Assembly (NCBI GenBank): GCA_965222375.1
Contig: CBDCTZ010000014.1
Coordinates: 512,001 to 576,000 of the forward strand
Origin: Polyangiaceae bacterium
GTDB lineage: Bacteria > Myxococcota_A > Polyangia > Polyangiales > Polyangiaceae
Reading direction: 5' to 3'
Length of the DNA: 64,000 nucleotides
Positions 48,013-57,393 of this stretch are shown piece by piece; position 1 is the stretch's first letter; each line of letters opens with the position of its first letter. Position numbers and translations under genes: made by a program. The notes beneath the pieces were generated by a model. It searched no databases. It was not told where the DNA came from and saw only the letters and a list, made by a program, of their open reading frames with translations.

Positions 48013-48741
48013 GTGATGGTGGAAGCGAGTTCCGACCAACTGAACGTATTGGTCATCGACGATGACCCGGGCACTCGTGCCCTGCTGGTCGACGTGGTCC
48101 TGAGTCGCGGGCACCAGGCCGTTCCGGCCGGCTCCGCCGAAGAGGGATTGCACCTGCTCGTCAGCTGGAGCTTCCAGGTGGCGTTTTTGGATCAGCGTCT
48201 GCCTGGCATGGAGGGGCTGCTGCTGGGGGAGTATCTGCGCCGAAACAACCCCGACATGATGATCGCGCTGGTCACGGGGGAGGACGATTGTCGACTGGCA
48301 CGAGTCGCCAAGGACCTCTCGATTCGCTTCATCGCCAAGCCCTTCGACGTGCAGCTCATCCACGACGTATTGGACGACACGCTGAGTTCCGCCCAGAAGC
48401 GCGATGAGCTTCGACAGCAGCACGCGGAAGCGGAGTTTGCTCCACTTTTTTCGGAGCATGCGGCGACGCTGGCCGAGGCCTACGAGATCCCCGGCGTGCC
48501 CGAACGTATCGAACGGCGGCTGGCCGAGACCATCAAGCGGCGGCTCTCGGACCTGCGTTCTGTAGGGCGCTACACGGAGCAGGGCAGGGTGGTGGCTCTT
48601 TCGGGCTTGCTGACAGCTCGGGTTCTGGGCCTGGACCTGCGCAAGTTCTCGCCATCGGGCACGTCGCTCTTCGCCGAGTACGACGAAATCATGGCTCAGC
48701 GCGGGCGCCGCAAAGAGTTCGACGAACCCAACGACGACTGA
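48013..48741 (+). CDS. Response regulator receiver domain with unknown C-terminal output domain
   Basis: VLVIDDD, FLDQRLPGMEG, VTG and AKPF motifs. Confidence 0.88.
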   Translation: MMVEASSDQLNVLVIDDDPGTRALLVDVVLSRGHQAVPAGSAEEGLHLLVSWSFQVAFLDQRLPGMEGLLLGEYLRRNNPDMMIALVTGEDDCRLARVAKDLSIRFIAKPFDVQLIHDVLDDTLSSAQKRDELRQQHAEAEFAPLFSEHAATLAEAYEIPGVPERIERRLAETIKRRLSDLRSVGRYTEQGRVVALSGLLTARVLGLDLRKFSPSGTSLFAEYDEIMAQRGRRKEFDEPNDD

Positions 48742-48794
48742 GCAGATCCTTTTCTGCCACCGCACGTACTTGTCGCGGCAGGGAGAGAAGACTC

Positions 48795-50330
48795 ATGAAT
48801 AGACGCGTGTTTTGGCTGCTATGTGGGCTTGCTTTGGCCGTTGCACCTGCGGCATCTGCGAAGCGGCCAAAAGATGACGACGACCGGAAACGGCCTGCTT
48901 TCAGGCCGCGACCGGCGATGCCGTTCCGGGCCAAACCGAAGATGAGCATGGGCGCGACCCCCGGCGGCGCGCAGGACATCGACTTCGCCCGCTCCCGAAT
49001 CCGCGCAGGACAGGTTCCCCACGCCAAGACCTTCACGCCGGAAGGGCTGCTCAGTCAGCACGACCTGCCTCTGCCCTCCAAGCGCAAATGCAAACAGGTC
49101 TTGTGCCTCACCGGCGCCGCGGCGTCTGCGGAGCTGCTCGCCCAGCCCGAGGTCAGGTACCTCGCTCAGCTGGGATTCGCGTCCAACCTGAATCCGAAGA
49201 CCTGGCGGCGAAAGCCCCTGAACCTGATCGCGGTGGTCGACAAAAGCGGAAGCATGAGTGGCGCGCCCCTCGACACGGTGAAGGCGAGCCTGCGGCACAT
49301 CGCCCTGCAAATGACGCCAAGGGATCGCCTCGGCATCGTGTTGTACGGGGACCGAAGCCACGTGCACCTTCGCCCCACGTCGCTCAAACGGCGGGGCGCC
49401 GTGCTGGCCTCCATCGCACAGATCCAAAGCGCTGGCAGTACCGCCATGGAAGCCGGGTTGCGCGTAGGGTTCGATCTGGCCGTCCGCAGCAAGCCCGGAT
49501 TTCGTGGACTGACCCGGGTGATGCTCTTTACGGACGAGCGTCCCAACGTCGGCCGGACGGACAAAGAGAGCTTCATGGGCATGGCCCGGGATGCCAGCCG
49601 TCAAGGCGTCGGCATGACCACGATTGGCGTATCGACCCACTTCGGCGCAGAGCTGGCGACGGCAGTGAGCAGCGTCCGGGGCGGCAATCTCTTCTTCTTC
49701 CCTAATGCCTCGAAGATGAGCGCGCGCTTCGCCCGGGACTTCGACACCATGGTGACCGAGTTGGCTCATGACATGAAACTGGTCGTCACGCCCCGCAAGG
49801 GCTTTCGCTTGGTGGGGCTCTACGGCGTGCCAGGAGATATGGTCAAACGAACCAAGGGCGGCGGACTGTCCATGAAGATAGAGACCATCTTCCTGAGTCG
49901 CGACAAGGGTGGGATCTTCTTCGCTTTCGCGCCGAAGTTGGGAGCGCTGCCCGCGCCCGCCGGACCCATCGCAGACGCCAAGCTCGAGTACGTGGACATG
50001 CAGAGCAAGCGCCTCCGTGACCGCGTGAAGTTCCCCCTCGTCTCGAAAACGCGCATGCCTCTCGGCCTGGCACGCGGCACGTTGCTGATTGACGAGATCA
50101 CCACGCTGAAAAAGGCGTCCGTGCTGCATCGCCAGCAGAACAAGACCGAAGCCGCCTATCGCCTGGTGCGGGCTCTGCGCAAGCGGTTCGCGGACTCGCG
50201 AGTGTCTGGGCTGAAAGAAGAGCGCAAGCTGATCGACAACCTGCACAAGACCCTGACCCGGCTCAGCGGTCACAAAGGCGAGGCCCCGAGTGTGATCGCC
50301 CGGGACACCGTCAGCGGAATGCCGCGTTGA
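48795..50330 (+). CDS. Secreted VWA domain protein (YfbK-like)
   Basis: Signal peptide, VVDKSGSM MIDAS, GSTAMEAG and LFTDERPNVG. Confidence 0.85.
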   Translation: MNRRVFWLLCGLALAVAPAASAKRPKDDDDRKRPAFRPRPAMPFRAKPKMSMGATPGGAQDIDFARSRIRAGQVPHAKTFTPEGLLSQHDLPLPSKRKCKQVLCLTGAAASAELLAQPEVRYLAQLGFASNLNPKTWRRKPLNLIAVVDKSGSMSGAPLDTVKASLRHIALQMTPRDRLGIVLYGDRSHVHLRPTSLKRRGAVLASIAQIQSAGSTAMEAGLRVGFDLAVRSKPGFRGLTRVMLFTDERPNVGRTDKESFMGMARDASRQGVGMTTIGVSTHFGAELATAVSSVRGGNLFFFPNASKMSARFARDFDTMVTELAHDMKLVVTPRKGFRLVGLYGVPGDMVKRTKGGGLSMKIETIFLSRDKGGIFFAFAPKLGALPAPAGPIADAKLEYVDMQSKRLRDRVKFPLVSKTRMPLGLARGTLLIDEITTLKKASVLHRQQNKTEAAYRLVRALRKRFADSRVSGLKEERKLIDNLHKTLTRLSGHKGEAPSVIARDTVSGMPR

Positions 50331-50389
50331 AGGGTTCAACTTTCGTCTAGCCCCTTAAGAAGCCGGGGCGGCAGTCCTATGTTCATGGG

Positions 50390-52213
50390 GTGCTATCGGA
50401 AAAAATCGGTGTGTTCCGTTATGGCGGTCGGGCAATCAGCCTCGTCTGGCAGACCAGTCGAGGCCTGACCCTCGGGCTAATCGCCCTGTCCGTCGTGGGA
50501 GGTGTGCTGCCGGCCGCGGTGGCTTGGGTGGGCAAACTGATCGTCGACGCCGTCGTCGCCGCGATGGCCAGCCCCGGCGCGGGCCTTTCCTGGTCCGAGC
50601 TCGCGACGGGCTCGGCGCGCACGGCGCTCAGCTACGTCGCCCTGGAAGCCGCTCTGATCGCTCTGCTCGCGGCCAATCAGAGGATCCTCTCAGTGATCCG
50701 TTCGCTTCTGCGCGCCCAGCTGGGGCAGCGCGTGAACGTCATGATCCTCGAGAAGGCCGGCACCCTGGAGCTGGCGCATTTCGAGGACTCGGAGCTTTAC
50801 GATCGAATGACCCGAGCGCGGCGTGAAGCGTCGACGCGCCCCCTCAGCCTGGTGATGAAGACCTTCGGACTAGTCCAGGACGGCATCGCCTTGGTCAGTT
50901 TCGGCAGCTTGCTACTGACCTTCTCGGGGTTTGCCGTGTTGGTGCTGGCCGTTGCCGCCATCCCCGCTTTCCTGGTGGAAACGCGGTTTTCCGGCGAAGC
51001 GTTTCGGCTCTTCAAGTGGCGTACCCCCGAAACGCGCCAGCAGATGTACTTGGAGACCGTCCTGGCGCGGGAGGACTTCGTCAAAGAAGTGCAACTCTAT
51101 GGGTTGGGTCCCCGCTTCCTGCGCCGCTACCAAGAGATCTTCGAGAAGCTCTACGCAGAGGATCGCAAGCTGACTCTGCGCCGAGGTGCGTGGGGGTTCG
51201 CTCTCGGGCTGCTCAGCACCGGCGCGTTCTACGGTGCCTATGCCTGGATTGCGGTCGCCGCCGTCTCCGGTGCGATCAGCTTGGGCGAGATGACCATGTA
51301 CCTGCTCGTATTCAAACAGGGCCAATCGACTCTTGCGTCGGCCCTGAGTGCCCTCGGCGGCATGTACGGCGACAATCTGTACCTTTCCAACCTCTACACG
51401 TTTTTGGACGAAGAAGTCCCTCGCGCCAGCGGCGTTGCCATCGAAGGGCCCAATCCTGGCGATGGCATTCGTTTCGAGGGTGTATCCTTCACCTACCCAG
51501 ATGCAGAGCGCCCCGCGCTCAGCGGCATCGATCTGCACGTGCGGCCCGGACAGAAGTTGGCCTTGGTGGGCGAGAACGGCTCTGGGAAGACGACGCTGAT
51601 CAAGTTGATGACGCGTCTCTACGCGCCCACTGCGGGGCGGATCACGCTGGATGGCCTCGAACTCGGCCAGTGGGATGCCCAAGCGCTGCGCCGCCGCATT
51701 GGTGTGATCTTCCAGGACTTCGCCCGCTACCAAATGCGGGTCGGCGAGAACATCGGCGCCGGGGACGTCACAGCTTTCGATGATTCCGAGCGCTGGAAGT
51801 CCGCCGCCGAAAAGGGGCTCGCGTCGCCTTTCATCGACGCGCTGCCCGAGGCCTATGAAACTCAGCTCGGGCGCTGGTTCAAAGGCGGCCGAGAGCTATC
51901 CATCGGCCAATGGCAGAAGATCGCGCTGTCCCGGGCCTTCATGCGGGAGCAGGCCGACATCCTGGTTTTGGACGAGCCGACCGCGAGCATGGACGCGGAA
52001 GCTGAAAAGAACATCTTCGACCGCTTCCGTGAAGGCACCCGCCAGCAGATCGCCGTACTCATCTCGCATCGTTTTTCCACCGTGCGTATGGCTGACGAAA
52101 TCGTCGTGCTCGGAGGCGGTCACATCTTGGAGCAGGGCAGCCACGACGCCTTGGTTGCCCAGAGTGGCCACTACGCGCACCTGTTTTCTCTGCAAGCTGC
52201 CGGCTATCAGTGA
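50390..52213 (+). CDS. ABC exporter, fused permease and ATPase
   Basis: TM domain, Walker A GENGSGKT, Q-loop IFQD, signature LSIGQWQ, Walker B ILVLDEPT and ISHR. Confidence 0.93.
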   Translation: MLSEKIGVFRYGGRAISLVWQTSRGLTLGLIALSVVGGVLPAAVAWVGKLIVDAVVAAMASPGAGLSWSELATGSARTALSYVALEAALIALLAANQRILSVIRSLLRAQLGQRVNVMILEKAGTLELAHFEDSELYDRMTRARREASTRPLSLVMKTFGLVQDGIALVSFGSLLLTFSGFAVLVLAVAAIPAFLVETRFSGEAFRLFKWRTPETRQQMYLETVLAREDFVKEVQLYGLGPRFLRRYQEIFEKLYAEDRKLTLRRGAWGFALGLLSTGAFYGAYAWIAVAAVSGAISLGEMTMYLLVFKQGQSTLASALSALGGMYGDNLYLSNLYTFLDEEVPRASGVAIEGPNPGDGIRFEGVSFTYPDAERPALSGIDLHVRPGQKLALVGENGSGKTTLIKLMTRLYAPTAGRITLDGLELGQWDAQALRRRIGVIFQDFARYQMRVGENIGAGDVTAFDDSERWKSAAEKGLASPFIDALPEAYETQLGRWFKGGRELSIGQWQKIALSRAFMREQADILVLDEPTASMDAEAEKNIFDRFREGTRQQIAVLISHRFSTVRMADEIVVLGGGHILEQGSHDALVAQSGHYAHLFSLQAAGYQ

Positions 52214-52227
52214 AGATGTTCGTGGGG

Positions 52228-52508
52228 TCAATCGCAAAGGCCGCTCTTACAGACCTCGGGCGCCACGCAGTGTGCTGCTCCGAGGCACTGCACGCATAGC
52301 CCGAGGTTGTCGTCGCACTGGGCGGTCTTCCCGCTGCATCCGCCGGCGTCGGGTGGCAGCGCAACCCGTCGGGGTGGCAGCCCTCCGCCCCGGAACTCGC
52401 GCCAGCGCCGGCATCGTCGCCGCCGGAGTTGAAGTCGTCCAAGGAACGCGCGGAACAAGCCAGCGTGAGCAGCACGCCACCGAGCAGTGCGTGATACGAG
52501 AAACGCAT
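52228..52508 (-). pseudogene. Small Cys-rich lipoprotein interrupted by a 1-nt frameshift (or sequencing error)
   Basis: MRFSYHALLGGVLLTLA-C lipobox in one frame and GCSGKTAQCDDNLGLCVQC..C..VC..GLCD* in another; adding one base in the GGG run at 52351-52353 joins them. Confidence 0.65.
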
Positions 52509-52563
52509 CTTCAAATGATACGCGCCGGGCCGATACGGCACAGACGCGGCCGCTGCGCAAGCC

Positions 52564-53058
52564 TCAGCGCGCCATCGTATCCAGTCTCTTTGCCAGAGTA
52601 GTCGCCAGGGTCTGAAACCCCAGCCGAGCGTAGAAGCGGCCCGCGCCATCGTTGCCGCCCGCGACCGCTAGCCGCAACTCTGGTGACCCGGCGTCACGAG
52701 CCAGCTGCTCGGCCTGGGCCATGAGCACTTTTCCGATGCCTTGACTGCGCGCTTGCCGCGCAACAGAGAGCTCGCTCACGAAGCTGTGCCAAGGCACTGG
52801 ATCGTCCGGCTCAGAGCGCGGAACGCGCCGCAACACGGTCACGAAGCCCACGGTCTCACCGTCGAGCTCGGCCATGACGATGACCCCGTCGTATCGACGC
52901 ACGCGCTCGTGCATTTGTTTCAGATAGTCGTCTGCGATCGCATCGCCCCGCGGTGCGTCGCGCCCCAGAGCGTGCTCGTGGTCCTGCAGCGCGACGAAGA
53001 GCGCACGCAGGGCGTCGGCATCCGTATTGGGATCCCAGAGGCGAAGGGAAGGCTCCAT
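52564..53058 (-). CDS. GNAT family N-acetyltransferase
   Basis: LSV..QARSQGIGK.LM and N..A..FY.RLGF motifs. Confidence 0.9.
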   Translation of the reverse strand: MEPSLRLWDPNTDADALRALFVALQDHEHALGRDAPRGDAIADDYLKQMHERVRRYDGVIVMAELDGETVGFVTVLRRVPRSEPDDPVPWHSFVSELSVARQARSQGIGKVLMAQAEQLARDAGSPELRLAVAGGNDGAGRFYARLGFQTLATTLAKRLDTMAR

Positions 53059-53135
53059 CGGTTCAGCCTATCCTGAATGGCGCCGCGAGCGTGCTTGGTT
53101 GCAGCCGAGGGCGTTCCCTGAAGGCAAGCGCTAAG

Positions 53136-53160
53136 ACTTATATGCATAGTGCATATAAGT
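53136..53160. promoter_or_regulatory. Perfect AT-rich inverted repeat ACTTATATGCA-TAG-TGCATATAAGT (MarR-like operator candidate)
   Basis: 11-bp perfect arms, AT-rich in a GC-rich context, about 80 nt upstream of the GNAT start. Confidence 0.55.
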
Positions 53161-53423
53161 TGCACGCGGCCACCCGAGACTGTGCAGCAGGGCGAGAGTC
53201 GTGCACCAACGCCGCCCCAAGGCCGCGACCCCAAACCCAACAACACTGGCTGGGTTTTGGGGTTGAGTCGGATTTGGTGCTCCATGAAGGGCGCGCGGCA
53301 GTGTTGGGGCGGGTGACGCTTCGAGAGCGCGGACCGGAGCCGCCAGCTGCTTCGCGCTGCGCCTGGGCTGCTGCGCCCCAGGGATGTCGAAGCGAAATCG
53401 ACTCCTTCCTCCCTGGCGGGCCC

Positions 53424-53471
53424 TTGACTCGCATCCAACCGACTGTATATTGAACGCATACAGTATACAGT
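53424..53471 (+). promoter_or_regulatory. Promoter and overlapping operator for the GntR(YtrA) gene
   Basis: TTGACT-16 nt-TATATT, overlapped by the inverted repeat ACTGTATATTG-8 nt-CAGTATACAGT (1 mismatch), a TGTA..TACA YtrA-type pattern. Confidence 0.65.
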
Positions 53472-53477
53472 TGAAAA

Positions 53478-53867
53478 ATGCTCGCAATTCAGGTGGATTT
53501 TTCAAGCTCCGTGCCGGTGTACCGGCAGATCGCGGACGAGCTCCGGGCGCTGATAGCCCAAGGGCAGCTCCGAGATGGGGATGAGCTGCCGAGCGTCCGG
53601 GATCTATCCGGACGGGTTGGGGTCAACCTGAATACGGTCGCCAAGGCGTACCGCATCCTGAGCGAGGAAGGCGTCGTCGACATGCGACACGGCTCCCGAG
53701 CCAAGGTGAACGTCCCCAGTGCGCCCTACCGACAGAGCGAAACCGACGACATTGCGCGACGACTCGACGATGTCGTGAGTCGCTTGGTTCTGGCGGGGGC
53801 TGACCGAAAGCAAGTCGAGCGCTTGTTCAAAAAAGCCATCGCGCGCTTTTTTGCCACTGCGAAGTGA
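53478..53867 (+). CDS. GntR-family regulator, YtrA subfamily
   Basis: PVYRQI, LPSVRDL and VNLNTVAKAYR.L motifs; 129 aa with a short C-terminal domain. Confidence 0.92.
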   Translation: MLAIQVDFSSSVPVYRQIADELRALIAQGQLRDGDELPSVRDLSGRVGVNLNTVAKAYRILSEEGVVDMRHGSRAKVNVPSAPYRQSETDDIARRLDDVVSRLVLAGADRKQVERLFKKAIARFFATAK

Positions 53868-54961
53868 GAGAGGTCAGCATGGAACAAATCGCACGCTTTA
53901 GTTTGGCAGCCACGATTCTGATCGTGTGGGCCACGGTGCATCTCATCGCGCGAGCCGAAGGGCAGCGCGTCTTCTTCATGTATGTAGGTCGGGATGTAAG
54001 CGATGTCGATCGCGCGTGCGTCCGACGTACCCGACTCGCCAATCACGTCTTTGCCCTGATTGGAGTTGGGGTTGCCCTGCTCTCCTCCAGCGAAGTCTTG
54101 CTCGCTGTGGTCGCGAGCGTGCTTCCGCTCGTGCCCATCGCTTGGATGCTGACGGAGTTTGCGCGGCTCAGCCGCACCATGCCCAGCCATGTGCCTCCCG
54201 CGCGCTACGTAGTTCCCCTCGAGGATCCACCGTCTTGGCACGCCTTCATTTCCGTGCCCTTGCAACTCGCTAATGCGGCGGTCGTCGTGCTCAGCGCCGC
54301 CGGCTTTTGGCTGGTGAGTTCGGCTTTGCCAGCGCGAGTTCCGCTTCACTTCGACATGGCGGGTCGCCCGGACCGTTGGGGTAGCCCTGCCGAGCTGTGG
54401 GTTCTGGGCGGCACCATGATCTTTGATCTGTTGCTGCTGTGGTTCATCGTTTTCATGGTCGCCAAGGAGCGTTGGGCGCTACCGGTCGAAAACAAGCAGC
54501 GCTACGCGGAGCTATCGATGCAACGCCGCTCCCTCATCGTGCGCATGGTCGAGTGGATCATGCTGGGCGTAAACGGTGCCATGGCGGTGATTTGGTTCGG
54601 CGCCGTGGTCGGCTCTGTCAAGCAAGGCTGGATCGGCCCAAGCGTTGGCGCTGGCGTCGTCATCATGGCGATAGGCATCCTGGGCCCGATGTGGGCCTAC
54701 ATGCGCCGCTTGTCTCGGATCGGCGACGAGTTGCGTCACCTCGGTGGATCCGAGGCCTTGGGCACGCACCCGGATGGCTGGCGATGGGGCGGTTTCGTGT
54801 ACTACGCGCCGCAGGATCCTGCGCTCTTCGTTCCCAAGCAACGCGGCATTGGGCAGACGCTGAACTTTGGGCGCCCAGGTGCTTGGGTGTTTCTATTCGT
54901 GATCCTCGTCTTGCCTTTGGCGCTAGGCCTGGGCGGCGTCCTGGCCGCCGCTGCGAACTGA
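53864..54961 (+). CDS. DUF1648/DUF5808 membrane protein
   Basis: LPARVPLHF..G.PDRW (DUF1648) and W.WG..YY.P.DP.LFVPK..GIG.TLNFG.P (DUF5808); coupled to the GntR gene. Confidence 0.85.
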   Translation: MREVSMEQIARFSLAATILIVWATVHLIARAEGQRVFFMYVGRDVSDVDRACVRRTRLANHVFALIGVGVALLSSSEVLLAVVASVLPLVPIAWMLTEFARLSRTMPSHVPPARYVVPLEDPPSWHAFISVPLQLANAAVVVLSAAGFWLVSSALPARVPLHFDMAGRPDRWGSPAELWVLGGTMIFDLLLLWFIVFMVAKERWALPVENKQRYAELSMQRRSLIVRMVEWIMLGVNGAMAVIWFGAVVGSVKQGWIGPSVGAGVVIMAIGILGPMWAYMRRLSRIGDELRHLGGSEALGTHPDGWRWGGFVYYAPQDPALFVPKQRGIGQTLNFGRPGAWVFLFVILVLPLALGLGGVLAAAAN

Positions 54962-56233
54962 TGGGACTCGGTGGCTCAGCACCTTGAAGAGGGCAGCGCC
55001 GAGTGAGCACCCGGTCGCGATCAAACCGATCCCGGTCAGGCGCGCGAGGACGTCGCTGCTCGCAGTGATGGCGCTCAAGCCGAGCACCAAGCTGAGCAAG
55101 TGGCAGGACAGGCCCAACTGGCTCAATCGATCGGGTAGGAGCCGCCGCATCGGTGGCACGTCAACGATGCCCACCAAAGAAGAGAAGCGGTGGAACCAGA
55201 CCAGGAACGGGACGATTCGCGAGAGCATGCCGTGCACGATGCTGCCCGCCCAACCCCACACCACCAAGAAGCCGAAGCCGAGCCCCAGGCGGGGATCATC
55301 CCAAATCGCGGCGCTTGCACCCACGGCAAAGGATGCGAGCGCCGCGGACAGGCCGAGCTTCCAGAACGCCAAACTCGGGTCGGCGCGCTTGCGACGGCGA
55401 CGGCGCAAGGCTCGGAGCACAGCGAGGGGGTGCAGGAGCCAAACGGCCGCGCCGCCGGGCAGCATCAGCGCTGCCATCACCTTCGGGCCCGCGCCCAGGG
55501 CGAGAGCCAGCGGCAGCGCGAGCAACGTGCTGAATATGAGGGCGATCAGGGCTCTCTGGACGCCGGAGCTGAGCCCAGGTGTCAGGTAGAACATCGGGAT
55601 CACCTGGAAGCTCACTGCGCTGATCAATCCCCCAACCCACACCACCAAACCGACGCCCACGTGGGCGAGCACGAACCGGGGGTACCACGGCGTCGCGATA
55701 CCTGCGCCACGCACGTACGCCATGGTCGCGCCGAGAGCGAGCAGGACGCAGAGCCCCAGGACCGCGATCGTCATGCCTCGGGTGGTTTCGGTCTTGGCCG
55801 GAGCGCGCAGCAGAGCCACGCTGACTGCGGAAACGAATGCGACCAGGGCTAGAGTCAAGAATGCTGCGCCCACAATGGTCAGCCACCGAGACCCACTCAG
55901 CAAGCCGGCAACCAGTGCGACCACACCGCCGGCGTAGCAAGCATGGACTCCATGGGCGCTTCTCACCGCCGGCACTGGCGCACCCGCCACCACGGGGATC
56001 ATCTGATAGAGGGCGCCTAGCATGACGGAGCCCAATAGCCCCAGAGTGCCAACGTGGGTGAGCCCGGCGGTCGCTCCGGCGTGTCGGGTGACCAATAGGG
56101 ACGCCCCGCTACTGAGCAACATCACGCCAGCGGCCAGGATCGCTAACGGCGCAAGCAAGAAGAAGCTCACTGGCACGCTCAGCGGCGGAGCCTGATCCAG
56201 ACTCAAGCCCCCGGTGTTCATCGCCGAACTCAT
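54923..56233 (-). CDS. His-containing polytopic membrane protein (heme-copper oxidase subunit I-like fold inferred)
   Basis: About 12 TM segments; SLDQAPP..P..FF, HxxTLG, GALYQMIPV, H...GL..W, QVIPMFY and GML.RIVPFLVWFH motifs; internal pseudo-repeat; ATGA overlap with the upstream TetR fusion. Confidence 0.75.
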   Translation of the reverse strand: MSSAMNTGGLSLDQAPPLSVPVSFFLLAPLAILAAGVMLLSSGASLLVTRHAGATAGLTHVGTLGLLGSVMLGALYQMIPVVAGAPVPAVRSAHGVHACYAGGVVALVAGLLSGSRWLTIVGAAFLTLALVAFVSAVSVALLRAPAKTETTRGMTIAVLGLCVLLALGATMAYVRGAGIATPWYPRFVLAHVGVGLVVWVGGLISAVSFQVIPMFYLTPGLSSGVQRALIALIFSTLLALPLALALGAGPKVMAALMLPGGAAVWLLHPLAVLRALRRRRRKRADPSLAFWKLGLSAALASFAVGASAAIWDDPRLGLGFGFLVVWGWAGSIVHGMLSRIVPFLVWFHRFSSLVGIVDVPPMRRLLPDRLSQLGLSCHLLSLVLGLSAITASSDVLARLTGIGLIATGCSLGAALFKVLSHRVPSVRSGGQDAAQA

Positions 56234-57342
56234 TGACTAGGGGTCACCCACAAAAGTGCACTGCCGTCCGCTTCTTCGAGGATCTCGAACTCTGCGCCGC
56301 GCTTGTCGAGTTGCGGGATCAGTAGGCGAGGGTAGCGGGGCAAACGCGCCAGGTAGACGTCGCCAGGGCGCAGCGCGGACACGACACTCAAACAACGTTC
56401 CAGGGGCTCGGGCGCTTCGAGCTCTCGCAGGTCTTCGACGCCTGGGCACTCTCTACCCAGGATCTGCACGTGGAACTGTTTTTCGCCCTGCTTTTCTACG
56501 GAGACGTCGTGGCCTCGTTCGGACAGCAGGGTGACCAGCGGCGCGGGGTGGAACGGTGTCGTCACGCTCACGGCGCCGGTTGAGCCCACGGACGCGACGG
56601 CGCCGACGATGGTGTCGAATGGGTCAACACCCGAGCTGAGGAGAGGGCGAGCGTCGATGGCCTGAAGGGATGCGGCAGACTCATCTGATGCTGCTGGCTC
56701 GGCTGCGGACGGCTCCTCCGCCTGTGCCGACGTCTGCTCGATGCCGGGTCGCATGCCATGCAGCCAGATCTCGAACAATCGGGCGCCCTCCATCTGCAAT
56801 GGCTCCGGTCTCGGCGACAAGCGTCGCGAAAGCGTCGCGCCTTGCAGGAGCCCGGTGAAGGATGTTGCACCGTCGTGGGGATCGATCTTCGGGTCCAGAA
56901 CGCCCTGCTGTTGCCCCTGTCGCACGAGCTGTCCGATGAGCGACGCCTGGGTGGCGTGCAGCTGCCGCAAGGCGCCGAAGAGGGGGCCCGAGCCGATTGC
57001 GGCGTGAGCGAAGAGCAGTCGAGGCAGTCCTGGGTGTTGATCGAGATGTTGGAAAAGCGCCCGCGCCAAGTGGCGCAGACGCTCGTCGGCTTCGGAATGC
57101 CGCTCCAAGACGTCGCTTGCGATCACGGCGAGCTGGCCGCGCATTTCCTCCACCACCGCGAGCAGCAAGGTCTCCTTGGAGGCGAAGTGCCGAAACAGTG
57201 CAGGTTGGGATAGGCCCAACTGCTTGGCAATTTGGCGGGTGCTCAGCTGGTCGAGGGAGCTGTCGGCCAGCAGGGCCAGCGCCGCGCTGACGATCTGGCG
57301 CTTGCGCACGTCGCTTTTTTCTCGCCGAGTCGGAGACGACAT
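56230..57342 (-). CDS. TetR/AcrR regulator fused to two DUF2249 domains
   Basis: HTH STRQIAKQLGLSQPALFRHF.SKE; C-terminal IDARP....DPF..I....PFHPAPL...L..RG and DLRELEAPEPL....L.PG....LPRYP..L...L..RG; start 57342 (57360 also possible). Confidence 0.85.
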   Translation of the reverse strand: MSSPTRREKSDVRKRQIVSAALALLADSSLDQLSTRQIAKQLGLSQPALFRHFASKETLLLAVVEEMRGQLAVIASDVLERHSEADERLRHLARALFQHLDQHPGLPRLLFAHAAIGSGPLFGALRQLHATQASLIGQLVRQGQQQGVLDPKIDPHDGATSFTGLLQGATLSRRLSPRPEPLQMEGARLFEIWLHGMRPGIEQTSAQAEEPSAAEPAASDESAASLQAIDARPLLSSGVDPFDTIVGAVASVGSTGAVSVTTPFHPAPLVTLLSERGHDVSVEKQGEKQFHVQILGRECPGVEDLRELEAPEPLERCLSVVSALRPGDVYLARLPRYPRLLIPQLDKRGAEFEILEEADGSALLWVTPSQ

Positions 57343-57362
57343 GTTATCAACTGATAACATGT
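57339..57362. promoter_or_regulatory. Perfect inverted repeat ACATGTTATCA-AC-TGATAACATGT, probable TetR operator
   Basis: 11-bp perfect arms in the short gap between the divergent tetR fusion and hemerythrin genes, overlapping the tetR start codon. Confidence 0.75.
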
Positions 57363-57393
57363 TTCTAGACAGTCTCGCCACAGGAGAGCACCG

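Noticed and set aside
51890..51920. ABC signature LSIGQ instead of LSGGQ as a sign of inactivation
   Set aside because: All other ATPase motifs are intact, and LSxGQWQ variants occur in this exporter subfamily.
53443..53470. LexA/SOS box upstream of gntR
   Set aside because: CTGT and ACAG are not separated by 8 nt; the longer inverted repeat fits a YtrA operator better.
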